A DNA stretch of 51,699 bases, from positions 1 through 51,699 of the forward strand of contig CAXHJY010001171.1 of NCBI GenBank assembly GCA_964016885.1, given 5' to 3'. Below the pieces are notes generated by a model, which had not been told where the DNA came from, searched no databases, and saw only the letters and a program-made list of their open reading frames with translations. Source of the DNA: Eledone cirrhosa. Its lineage: Eukaryota. Each line of letters starts with the position of its first letter. Position 1 is the stretch's first letter. Both the position numbers and the translations under genes were made by a program. Of this stretch, positions 13,181-25,127 are shown in pieces.

Positions 13181-14177
13181 GAAATGTTAGCCTGATAATG
13201 GGGTTTAGAACCCTGTAAGAAATGTTAGGCTGATAGTGGGGTTTAGAACCCTGTAAAAAATGTTAGCCTGATAATGGGGTTTAGAACCCTGTAAGAAATG
13301 TTAGGCTGATAGTGGGGTTTAGAACCCTGTAAAAAATGTTAGCCTGATAATGGGGTTTAGAACCCTGTAAGAAATGTTAGCCTGATAATGGGCTTTAGAA
13401 CTCTGTAGGAAATGTTAGGCTGATAGTGGGGTTTAGAACCCTGTAAGAAATGTTAGGCTGATAATGGGGTTTAGAACCCTGTAAGAAATGTTAGCCTGAT
13501 AATGGGGTTTAGAACCCTGTAAGAAATGTTAGCCTGATAATGGGGTTTAGAACCCTGTAAGAAATGTTAGCCTGATAATGGGGTTTAGAACCCTGTAAGA
13601 AATGTTAGCCTGATAATGGGGTTTAGAACCCTGTAAAAAATGTTAGCCTGATAATGGGGTTTAGAACTCTGTAGGAAATGTTAGGCTGATAGTGGGGTTT
13701 AGAACCCTGTAAGAAATGTTAGGCTGATAATGGGGTTTAGAACCCTGTAAGAAATGTTAGCCTGATAATGGGGTTTAGAACCCTGTAAGAAATGTTAGGC
13801 TGATAATGGGGTTTAGAACCCTGTAAAAAATGTTAGCCTGATAATGGGGTTTAGAACCCTGTAAGAAATGTTAGCCTGATAATGGGGTTTAGAACTCTGT
13901 AGGAAATGTTAGGCTGATAGTGGGGTTTAGAACCCTTTAAGAAATGTTAGGCTGATAGTGGGGTTTAGAACCCTTTAAGAAATGTTAGGCTGATAGTGGG
14001 GTTTAGAACCCTGTAAGAAATGTTAGGCTGATAGTGGGGTTTAGAACCCTGTAAGAAATGTTAGCCTGATAGTGGGGTTTAGAACCCTTTAAGAAATGTT
14101 AGGCTGATAGTGGGGTTTAGAACCCTGTAAGAAATGTTAGCCTGATAGTGGGGTTTAGAACCCTGTAAGAAATGTTA
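13181..14177. repeat. 38-bp minisatellite, about 26 copies
   Basis: Unit gaaatgttag(c/g)ctgata(a/g)tggggtttagaaccctgtaa. Confidence 0.97.
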
Positions 14178-14621
14178 ATCTGAAAGTCCACCCCCTAACG
14201 GGGAATTTATTTTGTTATATTTATGCATAGTTTATTTTATATTTTTTATATCATCATTGTTAAATTAGTCTTGCCATTGTGCACTTTTACTCGACCTTAT
14301 TGTAAACCCCTACTGTCCCTGTCTTTGTATTGTCCCCTACATGTCGGCCCTTGTGACTAATAAATGAAATCGTTATTATTATTATTATTATTTTCCTAAT
14401 CCTGGCAATAACACCTAAACAGAAATATACTATACAATGTTGTAAACTGCTTCTCCCAACAAAAAACAGTTTTTTATATTGTTTTTCTTGGGCTTTATTT
14501 GTTTTCTTTCCTGTTTGCTCATCTGGAGTATATTTTTCCAACTTCAACAGATACAAAACTCTGTATACATTCTTGTATAAGTATCTATATATACATGTGT
14601 GTGTGTATGTGTATATATATA

Positions 14622-14812
14622 TTATTAAGATTAGATAATGTGTCTTGTTACTCTGGAGTTTCTCCTGCTTATCAACTAACAAGATGACCCTGTGGTAAAC
14701 AGGTGAAACCCCAGAGTAACAAGACTCACTATTTAGCTTTAATAAAATGAATATTAAAACTCTACTTTTGTATTGAGTACTCCTTTCTCTCAGTCATCAA
14801 CTACATTCGGAT
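14622..14812 (+). mobile_element. Fold-back insert with truncated HHR (family E)
   Basis: 14683: GATGA c cctgt ggtaa acagg t GAAA ccccagag TA acaag; inverted arm 14625-14674; second copy 32773-32900. Confidence 0.6.
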
Positions 14813-14944
14813 ATATGTGTGTGTGTATATATATATATATATGTATATAGATATATATATATATAAAATCAAAAAATCTGGGTGAAGACAGGAAAATGAC
14901 ATCTGTATTCATTCGTTTTTAGCCACAGGGACATTTTTTTTCAA

Positions 14945-15236
14945 ATCATCATCATCATCATCATTTTACGTCTGCTTTTCCCTGCTTGCAAGGGTGGGAC
15001 AGGAACTGATTCTAGCTCGATTTCTACAGCTGGATGCCCTTTCTAACACCAACCTCATTTACAGTGAGTGCTGGGTGCTTTTTTGCCATGGCACCTCCAC
15101 GACCACTGAGTAAACTGGAGCAATGTGAAATAAAGTGTCTTGCTCAAGGAAACAACACATCACCCGGTCTGAGAATTGAACTCACAACCTTTCAATTGCA
15201 AAGCCAATGCTCTAACCATTAAGCCATGTGCCTCCA
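14945..15236 (-). mobile_element. tRNA-derived SINE with RTE-type tail (internally deleted)
   Basis: Minus-strand A box tggcttaatgg, B box gagttcaattc, cttgagcaagacactt domain, (GAT)n tail; homologue 38603-38940. Confidence 0.85.
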
Positions 15237-15591
15237 TACAATGTTGTAAACAAATATATATATATATATACAAATTCAAGGTATCAGAACATATATATTA
15301 TGTCTGATATTTGTGATTCTTATTAGAAAAGCTGAATGAACATTTGTCCAGAGTATTTAGAAATACTGTATTATGGTTTCTTGAATCATGGCGCCATCTG
15401 GAAATAAGAACTTTTTTTCCATTTTGAAGTACGTATTTTTCATATTATGTACTTTTATATATGTACAAAATACTGAGTTTCGCAAAAGATAAATAGCTCT
15501 TACTCCCTCTCTTTATATACATATATCTCTAAATTTGGATTATATATATGTATATATATATATATATATAAATGAAAATAGAGAAATTAAT

Positions 15592-15778
15592 TGTTTCTAC
15601 TTTTGGCACAAGGCCAGCAATTATCCCAGTGCATTACTGGTACTTTATTTTATCGACCCCGTAAGGATGAAAGGCAAAGTTAACCTCGGCGGGATTTGAA
15701 CTCAGATCATAAAGGGAGGTAACTCTATGCTTCAAAGCATGGCGTCCGACCCTTACCGATACTGCCAATCCACCGCCC
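15592..15778 (-). mobile_element. tRNA-derived SINE (second family) with 19-bp TSD
   Basis: B box gagttcaaatc, central gcctttcatccttacggggtcgataaaataaagtacc; TSD tgaaaatagagaaattaat at 15573-15591 and 15779-15797. Confidence 0.88.
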
Positions 15779-16025
15779 TGAAAATAGAGAAATTAATGTG
15801 AGCAAGAAGCCAACAGTAATTCATATATATAAGTGACTATTACGTCAAGATGGAAAATATTCAACGTAAGATATGGGAAAATAATTCAAATTCAATTAAA
15901 AAAAAGTCAAGACAGAAATTTTATCCACAGATTTTGTGAAATCCAGGGAAAAAAACCAATAGAGTCTTAACTCAGAATAAAATTAAGGTTAAATACTTAT
16001 CCTTCAATTTGGAAAAACTACAAAT

Positions 16026-16106
16026 GCTCTATATAGTCTTAAAAAGACTATTTCACGAAACTTTTCAGTGGGGTTAGTCACGGTTGGAGTCGTTCATCAG
16101 TAGAGC
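16026..16106 (-). ncRNA. Canonical type I hammerhead ribozyme
   Basis: Minus strand: gctcta CTGATGA acga[31-nt loop]tcgt GAAA tagtctt ttt aagacta TA tagagc; stems 6/4/7 bp all Watson-Crick, intact core. Confidence 0.9.
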
Positions 16107-16147
16107 TCAAACACGATAACCAAATATATATATATATATATATATAT

Positions 16148-16268
16148 ATAGGAAAAGGTTCAGGACCCCAACAGCAGAGCTCAAGCCGTTTCGACGGCTA
16201 TTCTGAGTCCAGAAATAGCTGTCGAAATGGCTTGAGCTTTGCTGTCGGGGTCCTGACTCTTTTCCTAT
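16148..16268. repeat. Short imperfect palindrome (fold-back insert)
   Basis: tcaggacccc...gctattctg agtc cagaaatagc...ggggtcctga; related sequence 43090-43155. Confidence 0.75.
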
Positions 16269-16417
16269 TACCCACTCTTCTACCCATAGTATTGAGTACT
16301 CTGGTGCATTATGGTCCACCCGGTTCCTTACCACACCTTCTTTGTTATATATATATATATATAAAGACAAAGCAAGTTTGTTTTGAAAGTTTGAAATAAA
16401 GTAGAAATGTAAGCTTA

Positions 16418-16473
16418 CGCTGTATTTGGACTAAAGAAATTATCAGGCTAATTTCTTTAGTCAAAATACAGCG
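16418..16473. repeat. Hairpin related to the flank of the 38-bp satellite
   Basis: cgctgtatttggactaaagaaatta tcaggc taatttctttagtcaaaatacagcg; matches 13162-13199. Confidence 0.7.
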
Positions 16474-16489
16474 AATATATATATATAAG

Positions 16490-16682
16490 CAGGGGTATAA
16501 ACCCTCTTCAGTCACCAATGACCACGGGATTTGCACCTACAAGGTTCCCCCTCCGAAGCATAAGATTGTTTGTGGAAGACCAGTAGTCGCCCATGTATAC
16601 CAGTGCCCCCTCTCCACACTGCCGATGTTGTCCAAGGGAAAGGTAATGTCTGATACAGCTTGGTACCAGTGACACCACAACT
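16490..16682 (-). mobile_element. SINE 3' portion, source of the adjacent tandem array
   Basis: Minus strand agttgtggtgtcactggtaccaagctgtatc...cttggacaacatcggc...ggtgcaaatcccgtggtcattgg; recognised from memory as a SINE body. Confidence 0.6.
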
Positions 16683-17294
16683 ATATATATATATTATATA
16701 TGATGTTGTCCAAGGGAAAGGTAATGTCTGATACAGCTTGGTACCAGTGACATCACAACTATATATATACTATATATATTATATATGATGTTGTCCAAGG
16801 GAAAGGTAATGTCTGATACAGCTTGGTACCAGTGACATCACAACTATATATATACTATATATATTATATATGATGTTGTCCAAGAGAAAGGTAATGTCTG
16901 ATACAGCTTGGTACCAGTGACATCACAACTATATATATACTATATATATATATTATATATGAAGTTGTCCAAGGGAAAGGTAATGTCTGATACAGCTTGG
17001 TACCAGTGACATCACAACTATATATATACTATATATATATTATATATGATGTTGTCCAAGAGAAAGGTAATGTCTGATACAGCTTGGTACCAGTGACATC
17101 ACAACTATATATATACTATATATATTATATATGATGTTGTCCAAGGGAAAGGTAATGTCTGATACAGCTTGGTACCAGTGACATCACAACTATATATATA
17201 CTATATATATTATATATGATGTTGTCCAAGGGAAAGGTAATGTCTGATACAGCTTGGTACCAGTGACATCACAACTATATATATACTATATATA

Positions 17295-19250
17295 AGTTTG
17301 TTGTTGAGACACATAATTCTATCACGCAATTTGTGGAAGGAAGGGGTAGCTGAACCTGCCAGTAGAAGAAAGAGGGAGCGGGAGGGGAGGAAACCCAGCC
17401 GTGCGTTGATAGTGCCAACCACAGCAGGATCCTAAGGGCAGGAGGTGAAGAAAGTATACTAGGGAGGGGGAAGAGGTGGAAGTAGAAACAGTAAGTAAAT
17501 CAATATGGAGTAAATATATAGAAGAATAATAAGAATGTTAAAAATATTAAAAAACAATTTCTGGTTACTATTCCCTTACCACCATCATCAAGTCTCTTAC
17601 TGGTACTGCTAAACTATAGAGAAGTTTACTAGGTGTGTTGGAATTGTAGTGAGAGAATTTTATGAGTTAGTAGTAATCAACCGAATCTATCTTACAGTGA
17701 CGGGTCAACAAGTAGGGGGCCAAAATACTAAAGAAACTACTACGAAATAATAATTCAGAGTCCCGAAACTAATACGAGATAATAATTCAGAATCCCGAAA
17801 AAGAATACTAATACTATCTATAAGGGTGCCGCTACGATACAAAAATTCTAATACAAACTACATAGATGCTCGTACGATATATATGAAAAATTTGATATGG
17901 ACAAAAAATTCAGAATCTGGCGTCTATCACATCTGCTATAAAAAGCGGAGTCGGCCAATTCTATCATAGAATAGGGGATGGGGGTGGGGGGTACTGAAGC
18001 TACAAAGGACCGAAGGGCTGCCTCAGGGTGGGCAGGAAAGTGAAAAGGACAACGACAAAGAGGGAGAACTGGGGTGGAAGGACTAGGAAGAAGGAAATAT
18101 AGAGGAAACGATAAAAAGATATGAGAAAATCTTACGTCTACCTTTGCAAGCAGGGGTTACCCATTACAAAGTCGGCAAGAGGGGTGTTACAGCCCTTGTC
18201 TACTCCCCCCCGGTCATTATGGGGTTTGAGGGCAAGGTAAGCCCTATGCAATCTGTGTTTGCATGCAGTAACCAGTTCGTCTTTCTTGTTTAGGAGTTGG
18301 TCCTTCGAAAACAGCATTTGTAAAGTTTCCTCCGAGCATAAATTGCACGGACGGCGTCCTCCCGTGTAAGAGTTGGCTCTGGACAGTAAGCTCCAAGTGA
18401 GATCATAGGTAATATTATTATCTTTGAGGTCCCAGAAGTGGCCCGAAAGTAGTGGCGTGACGCCGGGCCGGGTTTCGGAAATTATGTCTGTGTTGGTATA
18501 GCCGGGTCTTGAAGTCACATGCGGTTAATCCTATATAAGCTTTGTTGGAGGTGTCCGTCCTCACGTTGCACTGGTAGATCACATTACAATCTCTGCATCT
18601 GTTGTCGAGGGGGAAAATGGATCCATCAGGACAGTTGCACCTCCTGGTCGGCTCTCCACTGCTATTAAGGTTATTTCTTCCATAGGGGTTGAGTTTTTTG
18701 TTGTTAGAGGAGGCGATGTTTTGTGCAAAGTTAGGTGTGGTGTTGTAGGAGAGTTTGATGGTATTTTTGTTGATTATGTTGTGGTAGCGGTGTTGTAGTG
18801 GGAAGTGTTTTTCGATGAGCCTAAAGAAGATTTTCCCGATAGGTGTTGTCACCTCGGCGTTGTTACATGATTCAATCCTCCCCACAACGCCGAGGTGACA
18901 ACACCTATCGGGAAAATCTTCTTTAGGCTCATCGAAAAACACTTCCCACTACAACACCGCTACCACAACATAATCAACAAAAATACCATCAAACTCTCCT
19001 ACAACACCACACCTAACTTTGCACAAAACATCGCCTCCTCTAACAACAAAAAACTCAACCCCTATGGAAGAAATAACCTTAATAGCAGTGGAGAGCCGAC
19101 CAGGAGGTGCAACTGTCCTGATGGATCCATTTTCCCCCTCGACAACAGATGCAGAGATTGTAATGTGATCTACCAGTGCAATGTGAGGACGGACACCTCC
19201 AACAAAGCTTATATAGGATTAACAGCATGTGACTTCAAGACCCGGCTATA
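17295..19250 (-). mobile_element. Penelope-like retroelement, 5'-truncated with inverted duplication
   Basis: GIY-YIG coding region on minus strand plus about 840-bp 3' UTR; 367-bp inverted arms 18497-18863 and 18884-19250. Confidence 0.9.
18138..18863 (-). pseudogene. Penelope-like linker plus GIY-YIG endonuclease (probably Naiad-type), one frameshift near 18450
   Basis: NTIKLSY, CNC..PLDNRC, NVIYQC..AYIGLT..FKTRLYQH, then LSGHFWDLK..CNLCSEE..LNKKDELVTACKH. Confidence 0.88.
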
Positions 19251-19530
19251 TATACTATATATATATATTATATATGTTGTTGTCCAAGGGAAAGGTAATG
19301 TCTGATACAGCTTGGTACCAGTGACATCACAACTATATATATATTATATATGATGTTGTCCAAGAGAAAGGTAATGTCTGATACAGCTTGGTACCAGTGA
19401 CATCACAACTATACATATACTATATATGATGTTGTCCAAGAGAAAGGTAATGTCTGATACAGCTTGGTACCAGTGACATCACAACTATATATATACTATA
19501 TATAAATATTGTATATGTTGTTGTCCAAGG

Positions 19531-21302
19531 TATTGTAAGCAACTCGTCTAGGAGAGCTACCACTCTGAATAAATTGATGCGGGGTAGAGAAGTTCCCTGA
19601 GTCCAGTAAGATGACCTCTCTAGTGCTGGTGGCACGAATAAAAGCACCCAGTCCATGCTGTAAAGTGGTGCTGGTGTTAGGAAGGGCATCCAACCAGTAT
19701 ATATACTACTGTCAAAATCTGATTGCAATGAATGAAATTTGCAACAACTGCGTCAACAGCAATAACACTAACCATGTTAGGGCTGCACACGGTAGTGGGG
19801 TGGCTGGTGCGGCCATGTGTGAGAACCCCCCGACCGTCCTCAAGCAATCGCACAACAGGAAAAAGAATGGGATGTCGCATCTCAGGGTTGCCACACTTAA
19901 TGTTGGCACTCTAACAGGTAGATCTAGTGAGATAGCGGAGATGCTGGAGAGAAGGCATGTGGATGTGTGCTGTGTGCAAGAGGCGAGATGGAGAGGTGCC
20001 TCTGAAGACTAACCACATGCAAACATCTTAGTTATAAGCTTTTCTGGGTGGGTAATGATGATGGGTTAGGTGGGGTGGGCATATTACTGGCTGAGAGATG
20101 GATCAATAAGACAATAGAGGTAGTTAGAGTTAGTAATAGAATAATTAAGATTAGATTAGTTGTAGGTAAGAGACTACTGACAATCATCTCTGCCTATGCT
20201 CCCCAGGCAGGCCTAGGTAAAGAAGAGAAAGACTGCTTTTACGATCAACTTTTACAAACAGCCTCAATGACAGAGGACAGGGACATCGTTATGATAGTAG
20301 GGGACTTCAATGGTCATGTTGGACAGCTCCAGGATGGATACATGGGGTACATGGTGGGTACGGTTATGGCTCAAGAAATGAAGGAGTGAGGCTTCTTGAA
20401 TTTTGTTATGCAAATGCTCTAAACATTTGCAACACTAACTTCCAGAAACCTACCAACCAGCTAATAACCTACAAATCAGGCGAACACATAAGCCAAGTTG
20501 ACTTCCTGCTAGTTAGACAGTGAGACAGACAGATGGTGTCAAATACTAAGGCATACCCCGGGGAAGAATGTACCCCACAGCATAGGTTAGTCGTTAGTGA
20601 TATCTCAGTAAGCAAGAGATGGAATGAGATATACAGGAAGGTGTGGAAAAGAAAGGTCTAGACCTTTCACTAAAATATAAATTTAGGAAAGCCCTTCAAG
20701 ACGTGTATGATGAGTAAGATGATGATTTAGAAACATATGACAGATGATAACTGGAATTTTTTATATGACAACTTACTGCAGGCTACTGAAGAGACTTGTG
20801 GCTGGAGCAGAGCTCCAACCAGACAGAGAGTGACCTGGTGGTGGAACAGCACAGTAGAGAGGGCCATTAGAGACAAAAGACTAGCATGGGATGCTTGGAA
20901 AAAGGGTGGGAGTAGGGAAGGATATACAGCAACTGCAGAGGGTATGCGACAGCTGGAGAGAAATGAAGCAAGTATGCTCCATTGGATGTGTAATGTCAAT
21001 GTACGTGAACAACCAAACATAGATGAGTTGTAGTGTGCAGGAGAGAAGACTGCGATGGTAATGACATGTGATGTACCTGGAGGTTGACTGCTGGGTAAAG
21101 AAGTGCCAATAAATCCCAGTAGAAGGAAGACGTAGCAGAGGAAGACCACGTAAAACATAGGTGGAGGTGGTGAGAGCGGACCGCAGATCGCTGAAGATCA
21201 CGGAGGAGATGACGAAGGACCGTGACAAGTGGAAAGATGCTGTGCTGAATAGGACCCGTCCCACCCTTGCAAGCATGGAAAAGTGGACGTAAAATGATGA
21301 TG
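19531..21302 (+). mobile_element. RTE LINE with 5' UTR and APE domain, RT deleted
   Basis: LRVATLNVGTL, CVQEARW, ISAYAPQ, VGDFNGHVG; jumps at 20930 to the C-terminal region; (GAT)n tail. Confidence 0.9.
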
Positions 21303-21698
21303 ATATATATATATAATAAATTTAAAAAAAAAATAAAAAAAATATTATTGCTCTACATGGCTGAATACAATAAATGTAATCTGAGTTTTTCAAATAATAA
21401 TATTCGATTCGTTTGCAATTATGCAAACAGTCTCTTTTTTAAAGCCATGTCAGTAGAATGACCTCCTCATTTTTGCTCTTGTGTTCTTTTTTATTTATTT
21501 GAATATAGCAAAGCCGGTCATTTATCGCTCATATAGAGGAAACCGACTGGCCAGTCTGCTGATATGGAAATCTGGCTGATCAGTGGATCTGCTAATATGC
21601 AGATCTGACTGATCAGCCAGTCTGCTAATATGCAAATCTGTATATTTTAGAAAATAGCATATATTTTCACTAGCTCTGACAGTTGGCAGGTGAACAGT

Positions 21699-21748
21699 GA
21701 ACTGTACTGGTGAAGGGTGATACCCAGAAACATTAGTGTCTACAGTTC
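21699..21748 (+). ncRNA. Type I hammerhead, core-mutated (A6G)
   Basis: gaactgta CTGGTGA a gggt gat accc a GAAA cattagtg TC tacagttc; perfect 8-bp stem I. Confidence 0.7.
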
Positions 21749-21859
21749 TGTTTACATGCCAACACAAGAGCAAGAATGAAGGGCTCATTCTACTGACATG
21801 GCTTTAAAAATGAAGCTTGTTTGCATAATTGCAAACAAATTAAATATTATTATTAATAT

Positions 21860-22560
21860 ACGTGAACAGCAAAGCATAAATGAACTAAGTGAGAAATTAG
21901 AAATAAGAGGGATCAGATGCTGTTTACTTGAGAGAAGACTACATTGTTATGGTCACGTGATCCGCATGAAAGACGACAGCTGCATAAAAAAGTGCAGGGC
22001 GATCAAAAGTGACGGTAGCTACGGAGTAGGTAGACCCAGAAAAACCTGGGACGATCTGATAAATTCCGACCTTACACACTTACACCTCTCCAAGACAATG
22101 TCACTGGACCGAGATCTTTGGCGCTACGCAGTAATACAGAAGTCACGCCTTGCCAATGTACAAAGCAAAACCTACAGTCAGTAGGCACCTCCTATCCAAA
22201 TATACACCCCAATCCACTACCCTATCCTCCCACTCCCACCAACACCACCCTCTCTCTATAAAGTTGGTACCACAACATCCAGTCCAAATAAATGAGATCG
22301 AGATCGAGATTGTGTAGGTGTCACGACAAAAACACACAGTCCACGCTGTAATGTGGCCGTGTAGGTAACACGGTAAAAAGTTCCCAGTTCCACACTGTAA
22401 ACGTTGTTGGTGTTAGGAAGGGCATCCAGCCGTAGAAAGACTGGCAGACAGTCCTATATGAGCGAGACACGGCCACCCGACCAACCTTGCCTCAAGTGGG
22501 ACAACTCCCGTCTAACCCATGCTAGTGTGGAAAATGGACGTTAAACGATGATGATGATGA
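21860..22560 (+). mobile_element. 5'-truncated RTE with 3' UTR and (GAT)n tail
   Basis: RRLHCYGHVIRM...GRPRKTW; tail gatgatgatga at 22547-22560. Confidence 0.88.
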
Positions 22561-22604
22561 TTCGAAAAACTCAGATTAGTTATATATATATTATACATAT
22601 ACAT

Positions 22605-22762
22605 TGTGAATTGGCAGTATTGGTAGAGGGTCAGACATGCTTTCCAGCATAGTTACGTCCGAGCCGAGGTTAACTTTGCCTTTCATCCTTACGGGGTCGA
22701 TAAAATAAAGTACCAGTAATGCACTGGTTAATTGCTGGCCTTGTGCCAAAAGTAGAAACAAT
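22605..22762 (+). mobile_element. SINE (second family), partly deleted
   Basis: Reverse-complement homologue of 15592-15778. Confidence 0.8.
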
Positions 22763-22807
22763 TATATATATATATATTGTATAGGCACTAAGCAAGTACA
22801 CTGACTT

Positions 22808-25065
22808 GCAACACAAACTTCCAGAAACCTGCCAACCACCTAATAACCTACAAATCTGGCGAGCACATCAGCCAGATTGACTTCTTACTAGTTAGGCAGC
22901 GGAACAGGCAGATAGTGTCTAATACCAAGCCATACCCTGGGGAAGAATGTACCTCACAGCATAGGTTAGTTGTTAGTGATATCTCAGTAAGCAAGAGATG
23001 GAATGAGACATACAGGAAGGTGTGGAGAAGAAAGGTCTGGAAGCTAAAAGACCTTTCACTAAAATACAAATTTAGGAAAGCCCTTCAAGATGTGTATGAC
23101 GAAAAAGATGATTTAGAGACGTATGACATAGATAATAACTGGAATTTCTTACGTGACAACTTGCTGCAGGCTACTGATGAAACCTGTGGCTGGAGCAGAG
23201 CTCCAACCAGACAGAGAGTGACCTGGTGGTGGAACAGCACAGTAGAGAGGGCCATTAGAGACAAAAGACTAGCATGGGATGCTTGGAAAAAGGGTGGGAG
23301 TAGGGAAGGATATACAGCCGCTAAGAGAGAAGCTAGACGTCAGGTGTACTTAGCATGCAGGGAGGCGGAGAGTAGGAGGTTTGCCAATGTTCTGCGACGG
23401 GGTAATCAGAGGCGTGCAGCGTTCCACATTGCAAGGCAGTGTGTCAATGCAAATCAGGATGTTGTTGGAGATAAATATGTCCGGGATGATGCCGGTGTAC
23501 TTAGTGTCACGAATGATCAGAAAAAGGAGGCCTGGAAATGTCATTATGAGAGACTGATGAATGTGGAGAACGAATGGGAGAGAAAGAAATTACCCTTAGT
23601 AGATCCAACAGAGGGACCGGCTATTGAGATTGATGAATATAGGGTCCAAGAGGCAATTAAGGAAATGAAAAATGGTAAGGCAGTGGGACCGTCGGGGATA
23701 GTTGCTGACATGCTGAAGACAACAGGGGACGTAGGCACTAAACCGGTTGCACGCATCATCAATCAAGCTATATATGGTGGTGTCATACCCAAAGACTGGT
23801 GCAGCAGTATTCTCATAAATTGCTACAAAGGTAAAGGGGATGCTCTTGAGAGGAGCAATTATAGGGGTATAAAACTGATGGATCAGGTTATGAAAGTGGC
23901 AGAAAGGATATTAGCACAACTAATTAGAGAAAGGGTCAAACTAGATGAGATGCAGTTTGGTTTTGTGTCTGGCAAGAGTACAACAGATGCCCTCTTCTTG
24001 GTGAGACAATTACAAGAGAGGTTCTTAGAGAAGAATAAGCCACTATACTTAGCCTTTGTTGACCTAGAGAAGGCCTTTGATAGGGTACCCCGATCTGTCA
24101 TCTGGTGGTCCCTAAGGAAACTATGTTTTGAGGAATGGCTTGTGAGGACAGTGCAAAGTTTGTACAGAGGTAGTCAGTAAAGTCAGGGTAGGAATGGAGT
24201 TTAGTGAGGAATTTCAGATACAAGTAGGAGTACATCAAGGTTCGGTCCTCAGCCCGCTCTTGTTAATTATAGTCCTCCAAACCATAACAGAGGAGTTTAA
24301 GACTGGCTGTCAATGGGAACTTCTCTATGCTGACGATCTGGTTCTTATAGCAGAATCAGTAGAGGAGCTAGAGAATAAATTCTGGCTATGGAAACAGCAG
24401 TTGGAAGCAAGAGGACTGAGAGTGAACCTAGCTAATACAAAAGTGTTGATGAGTAGAAAAGAGGACAAAACTCTGATTCCATCAGGGAAATGGCCATGTT
24501 CGATATGCAGAAAAGGAACTGGCATAAATTCTATAAAATGCACACAATGCAGATCCTGGGTACACAAGAGGTGTAGCGGGATAGCAGGCAAACTAATATG
24601 TATGCAGTAGATGTACAGGGAAATTAGACAGTAGAAGTCGCATTGATAGACACATTTTTCAAATGCAGGAGGGCGCTATAGAAGTGGTGGATAGCTTCCG
24701 GTACCTAGCAGATCAGATTATCATGGGAGGGGGGTGTTTGGAGGCCATAGTATCTAGAATAAGGACGAGTTGGAAGAAGTTTAGGGAGCTGCTTCCTCTG
24801 CTGACGAAGAAGGGTTTCTCCCTGCGTACGAAAGGCCGGTTGTATGATGCCTGTGTGAGGAGCGCGATGTTTCATGGTAGTGAGACACGGGCAGCAACTG
24901 CAGAGGATATGCGACGGCTGGAGAGAAATGAGGCAAGCATGCTCCGTTGGATGTGCAGTGTAAATGTGCGTGAACGACCCAGCATGAATGTGTTGAGAGA
25001 GAAACTGTGTCTGAGAGGGATAGAATGTAGTGTACGGGAGAGGAGACTGAGGTGGTATGGACATA
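22808..25065 (+). pseudogene. RTE LINE ORF: APE C-terminus, reverse transcriptase and Cys/His finger; frameshifted
   Basis: 421-aa ORF with SQHRLVV, NYRGIKL, QFGF, FVDLEKAFDRV; next frames GVHQGSVLSP, LLYADDLVL, CSIC..CTQC..VHKRC, RRLRWYGH; frameshifts near 24180 and 24600-24660. Confidence 0.95.
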
Positions 25066-25079
25066 TTTAATTAAAAACA

Positions 25080-25127
25080 TGGCCTTGATAAACGCTCACA
25101 AGCGAGAAACAGACTGTCTGTCGGCCA
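25080..25127 (+). ncRNA. Type I hammerhead, U3-A8 core variant (family B)
   Basis: tggcc TTGATAA a cgct caca agcg a GAAA cagactgtctg TC ggcca; preceded by a short inverted copy of its own tail (25063-25080 vs 25203-25221). Confidence 0.7.

Larger units (their letters stand above)
16624..19530. repeat. About 76-89-bp tandem array (SINE piece plus TA tract) split by a Penelope-like insertion
   Basis: Units at 16624, 16702, 16787, 16872, 16961, 17048, 17133, 17218, then 19276, 19352, 19428 and a partial at 19516. Confidence 0.95.
21351..22577. mobile_element. Family A fold-back element, second copy, interrupted by an RTE fragment
   Basis: Homologous to 893-1432; right arm stops at attattaata (about 21858) and resumes ttcgaaaaactcagatt at 22561. 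Confidence 0.8.

Noticed and set aside
13181-14177. CRISPR-like periodicity (also 16624-17290 and 40813-41548)
   Set aside because: Units are contiguous with no unique spacers, no cas genes, eukaryotic context
17555-17597. Minus-strand UUGAUGA tggt...acca GAAA in the Penelope 3' UTR
   Set aside because: No stem III or stem I complement after GAAA; at most a decayed remnant
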